The notes beneath the pieces are model-generated. The model was not told the origin of the DNA, did not search any database, and saw only the letters and a program-made list of their open reading frames with translations. The position numbers were made by a program, and so were the translations under genes. A stretch of 26,844 nucleotides of DNA from Octopus sinensis. Its lineage: Eukaryota. The number at the start of each line of letters is the position of its first letter. The stretch's first letter is position 1. Where the stretch lies: positions 1 to 26,844 of the forward strand of contig NW_021834739.1 of assembly GCF_006345805.1 (NCBI RefSeq), written 5' to 3'. Of this stretch, positions 22,808 to 26,844 are shown one piece after another.

Positions 22808-22972
22808 ATTTCGTCTGTCTTTACGTTCTGAGTTCAAATTCCGCCAAGGTCGACTTTGCCTTTCATCCTTTCGGGATCGATAAATTAAGTACCAGTTGCG
22901 TACTGGGGTCGATCTAATCAACTGGCTCCCTTTCCCAAAATTTCGAGCCGTGTGCCTAGAGTAGAAAAGAAT
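22808..22972 (+). mobile_element. 5'-truncated SINE family B monomer
   Basis: ATTTCGTCTG...GTGCCTAGAGTAGAAAAGAAT, equivalent to the second monomer of the dimer. Confidence 0.9.
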
Positions 22973-22981
22973 ACATAAGAA

Positions 22982-23215
22982 ATTAGTGAAGACAATTTTA
23001 TCATCTTTAAAAACTAATGGTCTTGAATAGCTTCATGGGAAAACAAGACAATCAGACATATTTGACAATGTAAATTTGCTCCTGGAAAATGTATCAGCTT
23101 GATCCAGTAGGCTCATTGATCTTTGTATTAACGGATCTGTCATTAATCGGTAAATCCGATGGGACTACCACTTTGCTTAAAAAATTATTTAAACCAACCT
23201 CTACAAAAACATCTG
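22982..23215 (+). pseudogene. Decayed hAT (Charlie/SPIN-like) transposase fragment
   Basis: GLE*LHGKTRQSDIFDNVNLLLEN..SRLIDLCINGS..IGKSDGTTTLLKK resembles the L.GTT.G.DIF...L.S..TDGA..M.GK..G region of this family. Confidence 0.7.
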
Positions 23216-23617
23216 TGCAATGTAAAGAGAGTCTCGTTGTATTGAAAAATTAAAACTTTAAAGCATTTTATGTTAACGGTTTTGAAATGCATGAATAAAT
23301 TTTGAAAATAAGAGCATTAATTAAACATGAAAATTTAAAGAATGTTGCGAAAATATTTGACTTGGGATATGGTGAGCTTCTCCGCTGCCATTGTGAGGTG
23401 TGTTATGCTTTCTGGAGAACAGGTTCTGAATATTGTTTTTTCAGGATGGTCTTTTTTTTTTTTTTCTTGCGAAGTATAGCAATATCTGTTTCAACACACT
23501 ATTTCACAACAAGAATCTTGCGAAAAAAATTCATAAATGTAGAATAGATATACGGTATCGAAATATACGGGTCAGAATTTCGAGAAGACGAACAAAAGAG
23601 ACGCGAGAGAAAGAGCC

Positions 23618-23765
23618 TTTACGTTCTGAGTTCAAATTTCACGGAGGCCGACTTTGCCTTTTATCGTTTCGTGGTCGATAAAATAAGTACCAGTTGCGTA
23701 CTGGGGTTGATCCAATCAGCGAGCTCCGCTTCCTTGAAATTTCTGACCTTGTGCCAGAATTTGAA
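23618..23765 (+). mobile_element. 5'-truncated SINE family B monomer
   Basis: TTTACGTTCTGAGTTCAAATT...GTCGATAAAATAAGTACCAGTTGCGTACTGGGG. Confidence 0.85.
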
Positions 23766-23969
23766 GTCAATACAATTTACAGATAAGTGAAATCTTCTAA
23801 GGACCGCCCGAAACTTGTTTTTTTCCTTAAATTACCTGCCCCTTTCGCGCCCTTTTCATGTAACCCTATATCAAAACCTTCACAGATGTTCTCAGTTTTC
23901 ACAGGTCTTATTTCTCCCCACTATCTCGCTGCCATACAAAATTTTATATTTACTTATGAACACACACTT

Positions 23970-23981
23970 ATATACAGACAG

Positions 23982-24013
<32 letters not shown>

Positions 24014-24530
24014 ACATATATACATACATACATATATATAGATATATACATACATATATATATATACATACATACATACATATATATAGATATATACATA
24101 TATATATATACATACATACATACATATATATATACATACATACATATATATATACATACATACATATATATATACAGACATATATATATACATACATATA
24201 TATATACAAACATATATATATATACATATATATACATATATACACATATACACGCACACATACACACACACACACAACACACACACACACACATATATAC
24301 ATACATACATATATATAGATATATACATACATATATATATATACATACATACATACATACATATATATATATACATATATATATATACATACATACATAC
24401 ATATATATATACATACATACATATATATATACATACATACATATATATATACAGACATATATATATATACAAACATATATATATATATAATATATATACA
24501 TATATATATACATATATACACATATACACG

Positions 24531-24599
<69 letters not shown>

Positions 24600-24652
24600 C
24601 ATACATACATATACATACATATGCGTGTGTGTGTGTGTGTGTGCGTGTGCGC
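23970..24652. repeat. Compound (TA)/(CA)/(TACA) microsatellite with internal ~275-bp duplication
   Basis: Rare landmarks ACAGACAT, ACAAACAT and ACACGCAC each occur twice in the same order. Confidence 0.95.
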
Positions 24653-24794
24653 GCTAAATCTGGATAGTAGTGGTAATGGAATGTCGGTGGTGCTGTTTCG
24701 TTAGTTTCGGTGTGACGTTGATAGTGATGGTTATGGTGGTGATGTTGATTGTGGTGGTGGAGCCATTGGCGGAGCGCTCCTCGTCTTATTACTA

Positions 24795-25420
24795 AGGCTA
24801 CGAACTAGCAGAATCGTTAGCACGCCGGACGAAATGCTTAGCAACATTTCGTTCGTCCGTACATTCTGAGCTCCAAATGCCGTTGAAGTGGATTTTGCCT
24901 TTCATCCTTTCACGGTGGATGAAATAAGTGCCAGCTGAGTAATGGGGTCGGTGTAATCGACTTAGCCCCTCCTTCAAAATTTCTGGCCTTGTGGATTAAG
25001 GATGCGTGCTGGCAGGATCGTTAATACGCCGGACAAAACAAACAATAGCATTTCTTCCGGCTTTGAATGTCCTGATTTCAAATTTGGCCTAAGTCGACCA
25101 TGCCTTTAATTCTTTCGAGGTCGATAAATGAAGTACCAACTGCGTATTAGGGTCGATGTAATTAACTTGCCCATTCCCCAAGATTTCGGGATTTGTGCCT
25201 GATTATACAATAGGAATGAATTTATTAGGGTGGCAAGATGGCAGATTAGTTCAAACGGAAAAAAAACAAAAAACAGAAACTTTGAAGTAATTATTCCGAC
25301 TCTCAACATTCTGAGTTCAAATCCCGCCGGGATTTCATCCTTTCACTCTTTCAGAGTACTAAATACAGAATTAGTATAAGACCTGGGCCCCACGATGCTA
25401 AAAATTACTGGCTTTGTTTC
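24795..25420 (+). mobile_element. Three tandem old SINE family B copies (~24795-24992, ~25005-25200, ~25240-25420)
   Basis: Repeated heads (GCAGAATCGTTAGCACGCCGG-like) and cores. Confidence 0.78.
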
Positions 25421-25533
25421 CACAGCAGAAATTCTTTTACCAGAATTTTGTAAAAATAACGAAGCATTTAAAGACGCTTTTCTGCCTCCATTAATAAAGG
25501 TTGAGTAATATTTTAATTTTCTTCCCTTTCAAA

Positions 25534-25695
25534 GGTGCAGGAGCGGGGGTGTGGTAAGATGTTTGCTTCCCAACCACATGGTTCCCGGTTCAGTCCCACT
25601 GCATGGCACCTTGAGCAAGTGTCTTCTACTATAGCCTCGGGCCGACCAAAGCCTTGTGAGTGGATTTGGTAGTAGGAAACTGAAAGAAGCCTGTC
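25534..25695 (+). mobile_element. SINE family A, 5' half
   Basis: GGTTCAGTCCCACTGCATGGCACCTTGAGCAAGTGTCTTCTACTATAGCCTCGGGCCGACCAAAGCC, followed by a (TA)-rich tract. Confidence 0.9.
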
Positions 25696-25749
25696 TTATA
25701 CATACATACATATATATATGTATATATATATATATATATATACATATAG

Positions 25750-25908
25750 GTTTTGGGGGAGGGGGCCAGTCTGGTACTTAGTTTATCGACCCCGAAAGGA
25801 TGAAAGGCAAAGTGGACCTCGGCGGAATTTGAACTCAGAACGTAATGGCAGGCGAAATACGGCTACGCATTTCACCCAGCATACTAACGGTTCAGCCAGC
25901 TCGCTGCC
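25750..25908 (-). mobile_element. SINE family B monomer
   Basis: TTTATCGACCCCGAAAGGATGAAAGGCAAAGT...GCCAGCTCGCTGCC. Confidence 0.88.
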
Positions 25909-26032
25909 TTCACTCTCACCAATATCAGCAATCCATGTTCAAGTCAGCTTCTTAATCTTTCAAAAGGGTTAAGTACCAGTCAGTTATTAGGGTCCTTGTT
26001 TTTCTCTGTCGATAAGCTTTTATTCCAATGTA

Positions 26033-26422
26033 GCGAGCTGGCAGAATCGTTAGCACGCCGGGCGAAATGCTAAGCGGTATTTCGTCTGTCGTTACGTTCT
26101 GAGTTCAAATTCCGCCGAGATCGACTTTGCTTTTCATCCTTTCGGGGTCGACTAAATAAGTACCAGTTACGCACTGGGGACGATGTAATCGACTTAATCC
26201 GTTTGTCTGTCCTTGTTTGTCCTCTCTTATATATACCTTGTGGGTAGTAAAGAAATAGGTATTTCGTCTGCCGCTACGTTCTGAGTTCAAATTCCGCCGA
26301 GGTCGATTTTGCCTTTCATCCTTTCGGGGTCGATAAATTAAGTACCAGTTGTGCACTGCGGTCGATCTAATCGACTGGCCCCCTCCCCCAAAATTTCGGG
26401 CCTTGTGCCTAGAGTAGAAAAG
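26033..26422 (+). mobile_element. Dimeric SINE family B
   Basis: Head GCGAGCTGGCAGAATCG; junction GTAAAGAAATAGGTATTTCGTCTG near 26258; tail GTGCCTAGAGTAGAAAAG. Confidence 0.92.
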
Positions 26423-26602
26423 GATATTGTTGGTAGTGGTGGTGGTGATGAGTAACTGAAAACAAACGGATCGAGTTTAATATGAAATTAGTTTGGACTG
26501 AGTTTCGCCAAACGGTTATTTCAGTTTGTGTTCAAATTTCGATTTGAATATATATAAAAAAAAAAACAAGAACAAAAATGTAACGGAAGACATTTTAAAC
26601 AA

Positions 26603-26844
26603 ATGGCGTAGTGGTTAAGAGCGCGGGCTACTAACCTTAAGATTCCGAGTTCGATTCAAGGCAGTAGCATTCCTAATAATAATAATAATAATAATAAAAA
26701 TAATAGTAATAATAATAATAAAAATAAGTAATAATCACAATAATAATAAAAGTACCCTAAGAATGAGAACCTTGGTTCGAAATTTCCCCAAGACACATGA
26801 TGAAGGCTGGAGATTACATCAACCGAAACGGTAACCACAACGCC
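26603..26844 (+). mobile_element. tRNA-headed element with internal (AAT)n and a hammerhead-like core
   Basis: A-box TGGCGTAGTGG, B-box GAGTTCGATTC, (AAT)n at 26673-26750, second GGTTCGAAA at ~26774, then ATGATGA-A-GGCTG...CAACC-GAAA at 26797-26828. Confidence 0.7.

Noticed and set aside
23815-24620. YI/CV-repeat ORFs of 167-242 aa
   Set aside because: Dinucleotide microsatellite translations.
26603-26665. Functional tRNA gene
   Set aside because: A/B boxes are present but there is no good acceptor stem and it runs into (AAT)n; treated as a retroelement head.

Overview
Eukaryotic, repeat-saturated non-coding DNA (intronic or intergenic). The SINE families and microsatellite load resemble a coleoid cephalopod, most likely Octopus; this is an inference from recalled repeat families, not a database match. 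No intact host protein-coding gene is supported, and essentially all ORFs in the track come from simple repeats or TE fragments. Recognisable content: many copies of at least three tRNA-derived SINE families (including a recurrent dimer), a 5S rRNA pseudogene, decayed mariner, hAT and RTE coding fragments, two Tc1/mariner MITEs, and long (ACC)n, (CAT)n, (AAT)n and (TA)n tracts. The most interesting signals are (i) several degenerate hammerhead-ribozyme-like cores in short repeats, one of them behind a tRNA-like Pol III head, (ii) a retroelement-like 3' end that shares its last ~58 nt with the SINE tail, and (iii) clear nested-insertion stratigraphy.
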